From positions 1 to 64,000 of the forward strand of contig JAWSUI010000014.1 of the NCBI GenBank assembly GCA_033551855.1: a stretch of DNA of 64,000 bases. The letters are read 5' to 3'. The stretch comes from Deferrisomatales bacterium. Lineage in GTDB: Bacteria > Desulfobacterota > Deferrisomatia > Deferrisomatales > JACRMM01. A program made the translations under genes and the position numbers. The notes beneath the pieces were generated by a model, which saw only the letters and a program-made list of their open reading frames with translations, did not search any database and was not told the origin of the DNA. The first letter of the stretch is position 1; the number at the start of each line of letters is the position of its first letter. Below are positions 38,274 through 49,254 of this stretch, one piece after another.

Positions 38274-39395
38274 ATGAAGGTTTCCGAGGTGTTCTACGCC
38301 GACCTCCGCACCAGCCCCCGCAAGAGCCTCCTGGACAAGGTCGAGGAGCTGCTCCACGCCTCCGGCGCCCCGGCGCGGGTGAAGCGGGGGGATCTGGTCG
38401 CCGTCAAGCTCCACTTCGGCGAGAAGGGGAACACGGCGTTCCTACGACCGATCTTCGTCCGACGCGTCGTGGACGTGCTCAAGGGGTTGGGAGCCAAACC
38501 CTTTCTCACCGACACCAACACCCTCTACGTGGGCAGCCGCGGGCAGGCCGTGAGCCACCTCGAGACCGCGATCCAGAACGGATTCGACTACGCTGTCGTG
38601 GGCGCCCCCCTGATCATCGCCGACGGGCTCCGGGGAAGCACCTCGGTCCGCGTCGATATCGGGGGAAAACGTCTGACCCATGTTCTCTTGGGCGCCGAGA
38701 TCGCCCACGCGGACGCGGTCGTGGGCCTGGCCCACTTCAAAGGACACGAGCTCTCCGGCTTCGGGGGCTGCTTGAAGAACCTGGGCATGGGCTGCGCGGC
38801 CCGCGAAGGCAAGCTGGCGCAGCACTCCACCGTGGCCCCCAAGGTCAAGAAGAAGCTCTGCGTGGCTTGCGGCGAGTGTGTGCGGTGGTGCGCACAGGGG
38901 GCCATCGCCGTGGGCGAGGTGGCGTTCATCGACACCGAGCGCTGCGTCGGGTGCGGAGAGTGCATCCTCACCTGTCCCGAGGGCGCGATCCAGATCCAGT
39001 GGAACGAGGGCCCCGAGGCGATGCAGGAGAAGATGGCCGAGCACGCCCTCGGTGTCCTGAAGGACAAACGCCACAAGAGCCTCTTCCTGAACTTCGCCAC
39101 GCAAGTGAGCCCTGCCTGTGACTGTTACGGGCACAACGACGCCCCCATCGTGGGGGACGTGGGCATCCTCTCCTCAACCGACCCGGTGGCCCTGGACCAG
39201 GCCTGCGTCGATCTCGTCAACGCCAAACCGGGCAACGAGGGCACCGCCCTCGCGACAAACCGGGCCCCCGGAGAGGACAAATTCCGGGGCGTCTACCCGA
39301 AGATCGACTGGTCGGTCCAGCTCCGCCACGCGGAGGAGATCGGTCTCGGCAGCCGCACCTATCGCCTGCGGAACATCGGGACCCCGGGCGGGTAG
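38274..39395 (+). CDS. DUF362 domain Fe-S protein
   Basis: VAVKLHFGEKGN, PFLTDTNTLY, HFKGH..GFGG.LKNLGMG, two CxxCxxCxxxC motifs, SPACDC, DPVALDQAC. Confidence 0.9.
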   Translation: MKVSEVFYADLRTSPRKSLLDKVEELLHASGAPARVKRGDLVAVKLHFGEKGNTAFLRPIFVRRVVDVLKGLGAKPFLTDTNTLYVGSRGQAVSHLETAIQNGFDYAVVGAPLIIADGLRGSTSVRVDIGGKRLTHVLLGAEIAHADAVVGLAHFKGHELSGFGGCLKNLGMGCAAREGKLAQHSTVAPKVKKKLCVACGECVRWCAQGAIAVGEVAFIDTERCVGCGECILTCPEGAIQIQWNEGPEAMQEKMAEHALGVLKDKRHKSLFLNFATQVSPACDCYGHNDAPIVGDVGILSSTDPVALDQACVDLVNAKPGNEGTALATNRAPGEDKFRGVYPKIDWSVQLRHAEEIGLGSRTYRLRNIGTPGG

Positions 39396-39578
39396 CCCCT
39401 CCCGCGGGGCCGCCGGCGTCGGCGCCCGGCCCTCGGCCCCGTGCAGCGACCGCACGCGGCCCGTGGCACCAGCCCACAGGGTCAAGAGCATGCCGACGAC
39501 GAGCGCCAAGGTCAGTGCAATCAGGAGCCACTGGGAAACATCTCGGCTGCGCACCGACCACACCTTTCCGAAAGGCAT

Positions 39579-40733
39579 CTATTTATACCACACTTTTCGC
39601 CCGCCGGGAACCTGGGCGACGAATTCGTCCCACTCCGGGGCCCTCCGTTCCCAGTCCCAGACCCCGAGAAGGGAACGGAGGGTCTCCGGAGCGAGTCGGG
39701 CCTCCTGCCCGGTGAGGAGGCTCACGAGACGGCTTTCGAGGTCCGCCTCGTCGCGGTACAGGCACCCTGGGTGGAGCTCCGGGGGCAGCACCTCCGGATA
39801 GCTCAGGCGCCGGGGGGCCAGGGGGTGGGCCCCCGCGTAGGCCGCCTCCAACAGACTGATCCCGAAGTTCTCCTGCCGAGCCGTGCTCACCGCCACGTCG
39901 GCCCGAGCCAGGATTCCCAGGTACTCCTCCCGATCCGGCACGAAACCCCACCGCACGATGCGCTCCCCCAGAGACCGCCGGGCCTCCTCGAACGCGGGCG
40001 GGCGGCGCCGAAACGACTCTCCCAGCACCGCGACCCGAAACGCCACACCCCGCTCCGCCAGTCGGCCGAGCACGCGGAAGAACGTCCCGGGGTCCTTGTC
40101 GTATTCCCATCGGTGGTTCCAGACGAGCACCGGGGGACCGCCGTCCGCCCCCCTTCGGGCGGGGATGTCGCTCAGGCTCACGCCGAGGGGGAGCACCGCG
40201 CACTTGGCCCGGACCTCCTCCAAAGCCCACCGGGGACGGGTGTCGGGCATCCTACGGATCAGTGCCCCCATGGCGGAAAAGAAGGCCTGCTGCTGGTAAG
40301 CCGAGTTGAAGGCCACCCGATCGGCCGCCAGCGCCCCGGCGAGGTCCGTGAAGGCGTAGGAGAGATCCGGCTCCGGCGCACCCTCCTCCTCCAGGGACGG
40401 GTAGGAGGCCTGATTCTCATGGAAGTACAGGACCGTCGGGATCCGCTCGGGAAGAAACGCGCGCAGATGGGCCAGGTCCATCACATTGGTCGCAAACAGG
40501 ACGTCGATCCCATCCAAGCGTCCCCGCAGGCGCCGGGCGAGCTCGAAGGCGGCCCCCCTCATGCGCCACTTCCAGAACCGCGCGGGAAGGTGCTCCAGCG
40601 AGACGGCGTGTCGGCTCGCCCGTGACCACCCTTCGGCAGCGGCCCGGTGGCTCCCCCCCCAGAAGCCCTCCAAGACGAGCACCCGCAGGGCCCCTGCCCG
40701 TAGGCCCAGGGGCGGTTTCTTTCCCCTCCCCAC
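39579..40733 (-). CDS. DUF3524 / GTDC1-like GT-B glycosyltransferase
   Basis: FWGGSH, LPARFWKWRMRG, YFHENQ, FNS.Y, WNHRWEYDKDP, ENFGIS..EA, LSYPE. Start uncertain. Confidence 0.88.
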   Translation of the reverse strand: MGRGKKPPLGLRAGALRVLVLEGFWGGSHRAAAEGWSRASRHAVSLEHLPARFWKWRMRGAAFELARRLRGRLDGIDVLFATNVMDLAHLRAFLPERIPTVLYFHENQASYPSLEEEGAPEPDLSYAFTDLAGALAADRVAFNSAYQQQAFFSAMGALIRRMPDTRPRWALEEVRAKCAVLPLGVSLSDIPARRGADGGPPVLVWNHRWEYDKDPGTFFRVLGRLAERGVAFRVAVLGESFRRRPPAFEEARRSLGERIVRWGFVPDREEYLGILARADVAVSTARQENFGISLLEAAYAGAHPLAPRRLSYPEVLPPELHPGCLYRDEADLESRLVSLLTGQEARLAPETLRSLLGVWDWERRAPEWDEFVAQVPGGRKVWYK

Positions 40734-40848
40734 CCTTCCGATCCCTCCCTCCCTCTTCCAAGGCCCCGGAGGCGCCCACTCTGGAACCGTCCCCGCCGCC
40801 CCGCCCGGGCATGCCGGCGCGAACGGCAGAACGCAGTTTATTTTCCCC

Positions 40849-40902
40849 TTGACACGGTACCGGGCGCCATCTAGCCTCGACACACCGAATGAACGTTCAT
40901 TC
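40849..40902 (+). promoter_or_regulatory. Sigma70 promoter plus perfect 16-bp palindromic operator of the fad operon
   Basis: TTGACA(40849)-17-TAGCCT(40872); GAATGAACGTTCATTC at 40887-40902, resembling TetR-type FadR boxes. Confidence 0.82.
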
Positions 40903-40912
40903 AGAGGGCCCC

Positions 40913-42709
40913 ATGACCATTCCCGAGATGATACGAGACCGCCACGGTCAGTGGAAGGACCGCCCCTGCATGAGGACGAAGGACTCGGGCGCATATCGGG
41001 ACGTCACCTGGGACGAGTTCTACGGGTTTGCCGTCGCGACCGCCGGCGCCCTGGTCGGTCGCAGTTTTCAACCGGGCGACCGGGCCGCGGTTCTGAGCCC
41101 CACCCGCTACGAATGGGCGGTGGCCGACACGGCCATTCTAACCGCCGGCGGGCTCACCGTGCCCCTCTACCCCACCCTCACCCGCCGGGAGGTCAAGGAC
41201 CTTCTGGAGCGCAGCGGGTCCACGATCCTCTTCGCCTCCGACACCGAGCAGATCGAGAAGGTGCTGCCCCTGCTCGACGAAGTCGCGGGGCTGCGCCTCC
41301 TGGTGGCCTTCGACCCGGACGCCCTCGCAGGCATGAGCGATCCGCGGGTCCTCACCCTCGAGGCCTTCGCCGCCGAGGGGCGCAACCACCCCCTGTCCGA
41401 CATCGAGAAACGGCTCGCGGCAGTCGGGGAGGACGACGTGGCCACCGTCATCTTCACCTCGGGCACGACCGGCGAGCCCAAGGGGGTCGCCCTCACCCAC
41501 CGGAACATTCTTTCCAACGTGGAGGCGAGCCTCGAGGAGTTCGACCTGGGCCCCCAAGATGTCTGCCTGGCCCACCTGCCCCTGGCACACATCCTCGAGA
41601 GGATGGGGGGCTACTATCTGATGCTCTACTGCGGCACGGTGATCGCGTACGCGGAAAACCTCACCACAGTGGCCCAGAACCTCGCAGAGGTGCGACCGAC
41701 CGTGGCCGTGAGCGTCCCCCGGATCTTCGAGAAGGTCTACGCGGGCATCCAGATGAAGGCGGCGGAGGCCCCGGGACCGGTGAAGGCCCTCACCTTCTGG
41801 GCCCTCGGCGTGGCCCGTCGCGTCGGGGAATGCCAGGCCACCGGTCGCAAGTTTCCTCTGGGGCTGCAGCTCTCATACGCCCTCGCCGACCGGCTGGTCT
41901 TCGCCAAAGTTCGAGAAAAGATGGGCGGGCGGATTCGCTTCTTCATCTCGGGCGGGGCCCCGCTGTCGCCAGAGCTGGCGAAATTCTTCAACGCGGTCGG
42001 CATCCGGATCTACGAGGGCTACGGTCTCACCGAGACCTCCCCGGTGGTGGCCGTCAATACTCCGACGCGAAACCGCATCGGCACCGTCGGGCCGCCTCTG
42101 TCCAACCTGCGGGTACGCATCGCGAAGGACGGCGAGATCCTGGTCAAGGGGCCGAGTGTGTTCCCCGGCTATGACGGTGACGAGCGGGCGACCCGAGAGG
42201 CCTTCACGGACGACGGCTTCTTCCTCACCGGGGACATCGGCGAGTTGGACGCCGACGGATTCCTCAAGATCACGGACCGGAAGAAGGACGTGATCGTGAC
42301 GGCGGGGGGCAAGAACGTGGCACCCCAGAAGGTCGAAAACATCCTCAAGCTGAGCAAGTACATCGCGGACGCCATGCTGTTCGGGGACCGGAAGAAGTTC
42401 ATCTCCGCCGTCATCGTGCCCGACCCGGAGTGGCTCCGGCGGTACGCCCAGCTCAAGGGAATCCCCGAGCAACCCCTGGAGGCACTCGTCGAGAACGAAG
42501 TGGTGCTGGACTACTACACCCGCCTCGTCGAGGAGCTCCAGCGGAAGGCCCAACTCGCCTCCTACGAGAGCGTGAAGAAGTTCGTCCTCATCCCCCACGA
42601 GTTCTCGGTCGGTGACGGGGAAGTGACGCCGACCATGAAGGTGCGCCGCCAGAACGTCACCTCCCACTACCGAGACCGGCTCGAGGCCCTCTACAAGGAA
42701 GGCGGATGA
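40913..42709 (+). CDS. fadD: Long-chain fatty acid-CoA ligase
   Basis: FTSGTTGEPKG, YEGYGLTETSP, TGDIG, ITDRKKD, TPTMKVRR. Confidence 0.93.
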   Translation: MTIPEMIRDRHGQWKDRPCMRTKDSGAYRDVTWDEFYGFAVATAGALVGRSFQPGDRAAVLSPTRYEWAVADTAILTAGGLTVPLYPTLTRREVKDLLERSGSTILFASDTEQIEKVLPLLDEVAGLRLLVAFDPDALAGMSDPRVLTLEAFAAEGRNHPLSDIEKRLAAVGEDDVATVIFTSGTTGEPKGVALTHRNILSNVEASLEEFDLGPQDVCLAHLPLAHILERMGGYYLMLYCGTVIAYAENLTTVAQNLAEVRPTVAVSVPRIFEKVYAGIQMKAAEAPGPVKALTFWALGVARRVGECQATGRKFPLGLQLSYALADRLVFAKVREKMGGRIRFFISGGAPLSPELAKFFNAVGIRIYEGYGLTETSPVVAVNTPTRNRIGTVGPPLSNLRVRIAKDGEILVKGPSVFPGYDGDERATREAFTDDGFFLTGDIGELDADGFLKITDRKKDVIVTAGGKNVAPQKVENILKLSKYIADAMLFGDRKKFISAVIVPDPEWLRRYAQLKGIPEQPLEALVENEVVLDYYTRLVEELQRKAQLASYESVKKFVLIPHEFSVGDGEVTPTMKVRRQNVTSHYRDRLEALYKEGG

Positions 42710-43326
42710 ATCGCTCCCCCGGCCGCAGGGCAGAGCGCCAGCAGAAGATCCTCGCCGCGGCCGTGCGGGCGTTCAGCCGCCAAGGGTACCACCACTGCAC
42801 CGTAGCCCAGGTCGCCCGGGAGGCGGGGGTCGCCGACGGCACCATCTACCTCTACTTCCAGAACAAGGAGGACCTGCTGGTGAGCGCCTTCCGGCACGTG
42901 CTCGAGAGCCTGTTCCAGCCCCTGGACGCCGAGATCGCCGCCATCGCCGACCCGCTGGCGAAACTGCGCCGCCTGGTGGAGATGCACCTCGAGCTCATGG
43001 AGGGCGACCCGGACGTCGCCTCCTTTCTCCAGTTTCAGCTCCGCCAGCCCGAGACCTCGGTGCGGACCGCAATCTCCGGACCCCTGGGGCAGTATGCTCG
43101 CCGCATCGAGGCCATTCTCGAGGCCGGCAAGGCAGCGGGGCAGATCCGTACCGACGTGGGCACCCGGATGCTGCGGCGTTTGATTTTCGGGGCCGTGGAC
43201 GAAACCGTCTCGGCGTGGCTGCTCCGGGCCGGGCGCGAGCCTTTGCTGCCCAAGGCGGCACCCCTTCTCGACGTGATCCTCGACGGGATCCGCCGCCCCG
43301 GATCGGCCTGCCCCGGGCACCCGTAG
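42706..43326 (+). CDS. TetR-family regulator (FadR/YsiA-like)
   Basis: ILAAAVRAFS..GY, VAREAGVADGTIYLYFQNKEDLL, IFGAVDETVSAW. Confidence 0.9.
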   Translation: MNRSPGRRAERQQKILAAAVRAFSRQGYHHCTVAQVAREAGVADGTIYLYFQNKEDLLVSAFRHVLESLFQPLDAEIAAIADPLAKLRRLVEMHLELMEGDPDVASFLQFQLRQPETSVRTAISGPLGQYARRIEAILEAGKAAGQIRTDVGTRMLRRLIFGAVDETVSAWLLRAGREPLLPKAAPLLDVILDGIRRPGSACPGHP

Positions 43327-43391
43327 GACCGGCTCCAAGCTGGGGCCCGACGCTCGGGCCCCGTCGACCCGTTGGGAAAGGAGGAGCGTCC

Positions 43392-45794
43392 ATGCCCATC
43401 CGAAAGTCAGCCGTGCTGGGGGCCGGGGTCATGGGGAGCGCCATCGCGGCGCACCTGGCCAACGCCGGCATCCCGACTGTGCTCCTGGACATCGTACCCC
43501 GGGAGCCTACCGACGAGGAGAACAAGAAGGGACTCGACCTCAGCCACCCTCTCGTACGAAACCGGCTGGCCCGCGACGGCATCCAGAAGGCCCTCAAGGC
43601 GAGCCCTGCTGCCTTCGGCCACCGGGATCGGGCGGCCCTGGTGACCCCGGGCAATCTCGAGGACGACCTGCCGAGCCTCTCCGAGGTCGACTGGGTCGTG
43701 GAGGCGGTGGTGGAGCGCCTGGACATCAAGACCGCTCTGTTCGCCCGCCTGGTTCCCCACTTGAAACCCGGCTGCCTGCTTACCACCAACACGTCCGGGC
43801 TCTCGGTGAACGCCATGGCCGAGGCCCTGCCCGAACGCCTCCGGCCCCGATTCTTCGGCACCCATTTCTTCAACCCGCCCCGGTACATGCACCTCATGGA
43901 GCTCGTCCCGGCGTCCGGCACGGATCGGGCCGCTCTCGAGGCCTTCGCCCGTTTCGCCGAGGACCGCCTGGGCAAGGGGGTCGTGTACGCCAAGGACACC
44001 CCGAACTTCATCGCGAACCGGGTGGGGGTCTTTTCCGTGCTCTACACCCTGCGGGCCATGGAAGACCACGGTCTCGCCGTGGAGCAGGTGGACGCCCTGA
44101 CCGGGAAGGCCCTGGCCCGCCCCAAGTCCGCCACCTTCCGCACGGCGGACCTGGTGGGCCTCGACGTGCTGGCTCACGTGGCCCGCACGCAGTACGAAGG
44201 GGCCCCGGACGACGAGCGCCGCGACGTGTTCCGTCTTCCCCCGTGGCTCGACGCCATGGTGCAGAAGGGGCTCCTCGGCCAGAAGTCCGGCGGCGGCTTC
44301 TACAAGCGGGTGAAGCAGGGCGGGAAGAAGGAGACCCTCGCCATCGACCCCGCCACCGGGGAGTACCGACCCAAGGGCAAGGCCGACTTCCCCTCCCTGG
44401 CCGAGGCAAAAGGGGTAGAGGACCCGGGGCGGCGCGCGGCCAAGCTCCTGGGGGGAAAGGACGCCGGCGCACGGTTCGCCTGGGACGTCACCGCAGAGAC
44501 CCTGCTGTACGCCGCCCGCCGCATCCCGTCCGTGGCGGGCGACGTGCCGTCCATCGACCGGGCCATGCGCTGGGGCTTCGGGTGGGAGATCGGCCCCTTC
44601 GAGCTCTGGGACGCCCTGGGGGTGAAGGCGTCGGTGGAGCGGATGACCGCAGAGGGCCGCGAGGTGCCCGAGGGGGTGGCGGCCCTGGCCGCGTCCCCCG
44701 AGCCCGCCTTCTACCTCCGGGAGGGTACCCGGACCCGGGTGTGGGACCCGGTGTCCAAAGCCCACGTTTCCATGGAAGAGCGGCCCCGGGTGGTGGCTCT
44801 CGCCGACCTCAAGGCCGCGGGGCGCAAGCTCTTCTCGAACCCCGAGGCCACCCTGGTGGACCTGGGCGACGGTGTCGCGTGCCTGGAGTTCCACTCGAAG
44901 ATGAACGCCATCGGGGGCGGCATCCTCCAGGCCATCCAGAAGACCGTGGCGGAGGCCGGCTCCTCGTACCAGGCCCTGGTGATCGGAAACCAGGGGGAGA
45001 ATTTCTCCGTGGGTGCCAACCTCATGCTGCTGCTCTTCGAGGCGCTCGAGGGCAACCTCCCGGAGGTCGATGCCATGGTGCGCGCCTTCCAGGAAGGGAC
45101 CATGGCGCTCAAGTATGCGCCCGTCCCGGTGGTGGCAGCGCCCTTCGGGCGCGTCCTCGGAGGGGGCGCCGAGGTGTGTCTCCACGCCCACCGGGTCCAG
45201 GCGAGCCACGAGACCTACATGGGCCTCGTGGAGGTCGGCGTGGGGCTTCTGCCCGCAGGCGGGGGCACCAAGGAGTTGTTGCTCCGGGCGATGGCCCATG
45301 TCCCGACCGGGACGGGTGCCGACCCCCTCCCCTGGGTCCGGAAGGCCTTCGAGGCCATCGGCATGGCCAAGGTCAGCCTCTCGGCCTGGGAGGCCTTCGA
45401 CCTCGGCCTCCTCCGGGCGGGAGACTCGGTATCCATGAACCCCGAGCACCTGATCCTCGACGCGAAGCGCGCCGCCCTCGACCTCCTGGAGACGGGGTGG
45501 CAGCCCATGCAGCGGCCGGCGAAGGTCCCCGTCATGGGCCGCGACGGTCTGGCGAACATCCGGTCCATGCTCCACAACATGGTCCGGGGACGGCAGATCA
45601 GCGAGCACGACGCCCTGGTGGGGGAAAAGGTCGGCTGGGTCCTGTGCGGGGGCGAGGTGGACAACGGCACCGTGGTGGACGAGGACTACCTCTTGACCCT
45701 GGAGCGCCGAGCCTTCGTGGAGCTGTGCGGCCAGCGCAAGACCCTGGAGCGGATCCAGCACATCCTGAAGACGGGGAAGCCTTTGAGGAACTAG
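43392..45794 (+). CDS. fadN: 3-hydroxyacyl-CoA dehydrogenase / enoyl-CoA hydratase (FadN-type)
   Basis: [55 protein letters not shown]. Confidence 0.92.
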   Translation: MPIRKSAVLGAGVMGSAIAAHLANAGIPTVLLDIVPREPTDEENKKGLDLSHPLVRNRLARDGIQKALKASPAAFGHRDRAALVTPGNLEDDLPSLSEVDWVVEAVVERLDIKTALFARLVPHLKPGCLLTTNTSGLSVNAMAEALPERLRPRFFGTHFFNPPRYMHLMELVPASGTDRAALEAFARFAEDRLGKGVVYAKDTPNFIANRVGVFSVLYTLRAMEDHGLAVEQVDALTGKALARPKSATFRTADLVGLDVLAHVARTQYEGAPDDERRDVFRLPPWLDAMVQKGLLGQKSGGGFYKRVKQGGKKETLAIDPATGEYRPKGKADFPSLAEAKGVEDPGRRAAKLLGGKDAGARFAWDVTAETLLYAARRIPSVAGDVPSIDRAMRWGFGWEIGPFELWDALGVKASVERMTAEGREVPEGVAALAASPEPAFYLREGTRTRVWDPVSKAHVSMEERPRVVALADLKAAGRKLFSNPEATLVDLGDGVACLEFHSKMNAIGGGILQAIQKTVAEAGSSYQALVIGNQGENFSVGANLMLLLFEALEGNLPEVDAMVRAFQEGTMALKYAPVPVVAAPFGRVLGGGAEVCLHAHRVQASHETYMGLVEVGVGLLPAGGGTKELLLRAMAHVPTGTGADPLPWVRKAFEAIGMAKVSLSAWEAFDLGLLRAGDSVSMNPEHLILDAKRAALDLLETGWQPMQRPAKVPVMGRDGLANIRSMLHNMVRGRQISEHDALVGEKVGWVLCGGEVDNGTVVDEDYLLTLERRAFVELCGQRKTLERIQHILKTGKPLRN

Positions 45795-45796
45795 CC

Positions 45797-45855
45797 CGTT
45801 GCACGTTGCGGGTTGCCGGTCGGGTTGCCTCCGACGAGCAACGTGCAACGAGCAC
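45797..45855. repeat. Heptamer (CGTTGCA-type) tandem repeats forming an inverted pair
   Basis: CGTTGCACGTTGC (45797) and GCAACGTGCAACG (45838); a related array lies at 47081-47105. Confidence 0.8.
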
Positions 45856-45891
45856 CGCGCACTGCCGGACCAGTCTCCCAAGGAGATCTCC

Positions 45892-47073
<1,182 letters not shown>

Positions 47074-47166
47074 CACTTGGCTCGTTGCGGGTTGCACGTT
47101 GCGCGTCGGAAGAATCTCAACCCGGAACAGGCAAATCGCGACGCGCACTTCCTTAAGGAGGAAACC

Positions 47167-48939
47167 ATGTCCGAGACGGCCTACGTGAGGGGCGGCAGCT
47201 TCCTCGTCCGGGAATCTCAACCCGACGACATCTTCACCCCGGAGGACTTCACCTCCGAGCAGCTCCAGTTCGCCAAGACCGCGCGGGACTTCATCGAGAA
47301 CGACGTCCTGCCCGTCTCGGACCGCCTCGAGGCCAAGGAACCCGGCCTGAGCGAGGCTCTCATGCGCAAGGCCGGGGAGCTCGGCCTCCTCATGGCGGAC
47401 GTCCCGGAGGAGTACGGCGGACTCGGCCTCGACAAGGCCTCGAGCGCCCTCATCACCGAGAACATCTCGGGCCAGGGGTCCTTCTCGGTCACGTACGGGG
47501 CCCACGTGGGCATCGGCACCCTGCCGCTGGTCTACTACGGGAGCCCCGAGGTCAAGCGAGAGTTCCTGCCGGGTCTCGCCGACGGCTCCCGCATCGGGTG
47601 CTACTGCCTCACGGAGCCCACCTCGGGCTCCGACGCCCTCTCCATCCGCACCAAGGCCGTGCTGTCCGAGGACGAGACCCACTACGTGCTCAACGGCACC
47701 AAGATGTGGATCACCAACGGCGGCTCCGCCCAGGTCTTCACGGTCTTCGCCAAGGTCGACGGCGAGCTCTTCACGGGCTTCGTCATGGGCAGGGACACCC
47801 CCGGCCTGAGCGTGGGCCCCGAGGAGCACAAGCTCGGGATCGTCGGCTCCTCCACCACCACGGTCGTCCTCGAGGACACCCGGGTGCCCGTGGGCAACGT
47901 CCTCGGCGAGGTGGGAAAGGGCCACAAGATCGCTTTCAACATCCTCAACATCGGCCGCTTCAAGCTCGGCGCCGGGTGCGTCGGAAGCTGCAAGCGGGCT
48001 CTGGCACACGCCCTGGCCTACGCCCTCGAGCGCAGGCAGTTCGGCAAGCGGCTCGCGGAGCTCGGGCTCATCCGGGAAAAACTGGCCCGCATGGCCGTGC
48101 GCACCTACGCCGCCGAGTCGGCCGTGTACCGGACCGTCGGCCTCATCGACCACATCCTCCGGAGCGGCGAGGCCCACGGGGAGGCGGCGCTGCAGTCCAT
48201 CGAGGAGTACAGCGTGGAGTGCGCCCTCGTGAAGCTCCTGGGCAGCGAGGCGCTCGACTTCGTGGTGGACGAGACCCTGCAGATCTACGGCGGCTACGGC
48301 TACTCCAGCGAGTACCCTGCCGAGCGCTACTACCGCGACAGCCGCATCAATCGCATCTTCGAGGGGACCAACGAGATCAACCGGCTCCTGGTGCCGGGGA
48401 TGCTCCTCCGCAAGGCCATGAAGGGCGAGATCCCCCTCTTCGCCGCCGCCAAGGCCCTCCAGGAGGAGCTCCTGGGCATCCCGAGCTTCGACCTGGACGC
48501 CGAGGCCGGGCTGCTGGACCCGGAGAAGAAGATCGTCGCGAACCTCAAGAAGATCTTCCTCCTCGTCGCAGGCGTAGCGGCCCAGAAGTACGGGAAGGAC
48601 CTGGCCGAGCAGCAGCCGGTCCTGGCCCGGCTGGCGGACCTGGCCCTGGCCGCCTTCACCGCCGAGTCCACCCTGCTCCGGGCCCTCAAGGATGCAGGAC
48701 GGCGCGGCGAAGAGGCCGCCGCCTTCCCGGTCGCGGCGGCCCGGATCACCTGCGAGGAGGCCGTCTCACAGGCGGAAAGTCTGGCCCGCGAGGGGCTGGC
48801 CGCCATGGAGGCCGGCGACACCCTGAACACCATGCTCGCCGCCCTGCGGCGCCTCTTGCGCCGCACCCCGGCCGACACCGTGGCCCTGCGGGAGCAGATT
48901 GCAACCAGGCTGGTGGAGATGGAGCGCCTCGTGTACTGA
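47167..48939 (+). CDS. fadE: Acyl-CoA dehydrogenase
   Basis: CLTEPTSGSDA, NGTKMWITN, ILNIGRFKL, RRQFG, IYGGYGY, IFEGTNEI. Confidence 0.93.
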   Translation: MSETAYVRGGSFLVRESQPDDIFTPEDFTSEQLQFAKTARDFIENDVLPVSDRLEAKEPGLSEALMRKAGELGLLMADVPEEYGGLGLDKASSALITENISGQGSFSVTYGAHVGIGTLPLVYYGSPEVKREFLPGLADGSRIGCYCLTEPTSGSDALSIRTKAVLSEDETHYVLNGTKMWITNGGSAQVFTVFAKVDGELFTGFVMGRDTPGLSVGPEEHKLGIVGSSTTTVVLEDTRVPVGNVLGEVGKGHKIAFNILNIGRFKLGAGCVGSCKRALAHALAYALERRQFGKRLAELGLIREKLARMAVRTYAAESAVYRTVGLIDHILRSGEAHGEAALQSIEEYSVECALVKLLGSEALDFVVDETLQIYGGYGYSSEYPAERYYRDSRINRIFEGTNEINRLLVPGMLLRKAMKGEIPLFAAAKALQEELLGIPSFDLDAEAGLLDPEKKIVANLKKIFLLVAGVAAQKYGKDLAEQQPVLARLADLALAAFTAESTLLRALKDAGRRGEEAAAFPVAAARITCEEAVSQAESLAREGLAAMEAGDTLNTMLAALRRLLRRTPADTVALREQIATRLVEMERLVY

Positions 48940-49095
48940 TCCAGGCCCCCTGCGGGCGGCAGCTGGTCTCGCCCCACCGGAACACAGTTGCGCCGGGTCG
49001 GTTCTTCTTGGCGGAACCCGCGGGGCGGACGCCACATACAAGGAGCCTCCGAGGAACTTCTTACAGGGCAGCGGGAGAAACAGCTTTTGATTCCA

Positions 49096-49124
49096 TTGAC
49101 ACGGGAGGGGGCTCCCCATATCTT
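49096..49124 (+). promoter_or_regulatory. Sigma70-type promoter upstream of the lipase gene
   Basis: TTGACA-17 bp-TATCTT. Confidence 0.65.
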
Positions 49125-49254
49125 CACGCGCGAACACGTGAACCCGCGCGCAAGCTTGCTCACAGTGTTGAACCATTCCATCTCCACATGAGGAGCGGAA
49201 GCTCGAAGTAGCGCACCCGGGGTCAACCTACAGCGACGCAGCAGAGGAGGACTC

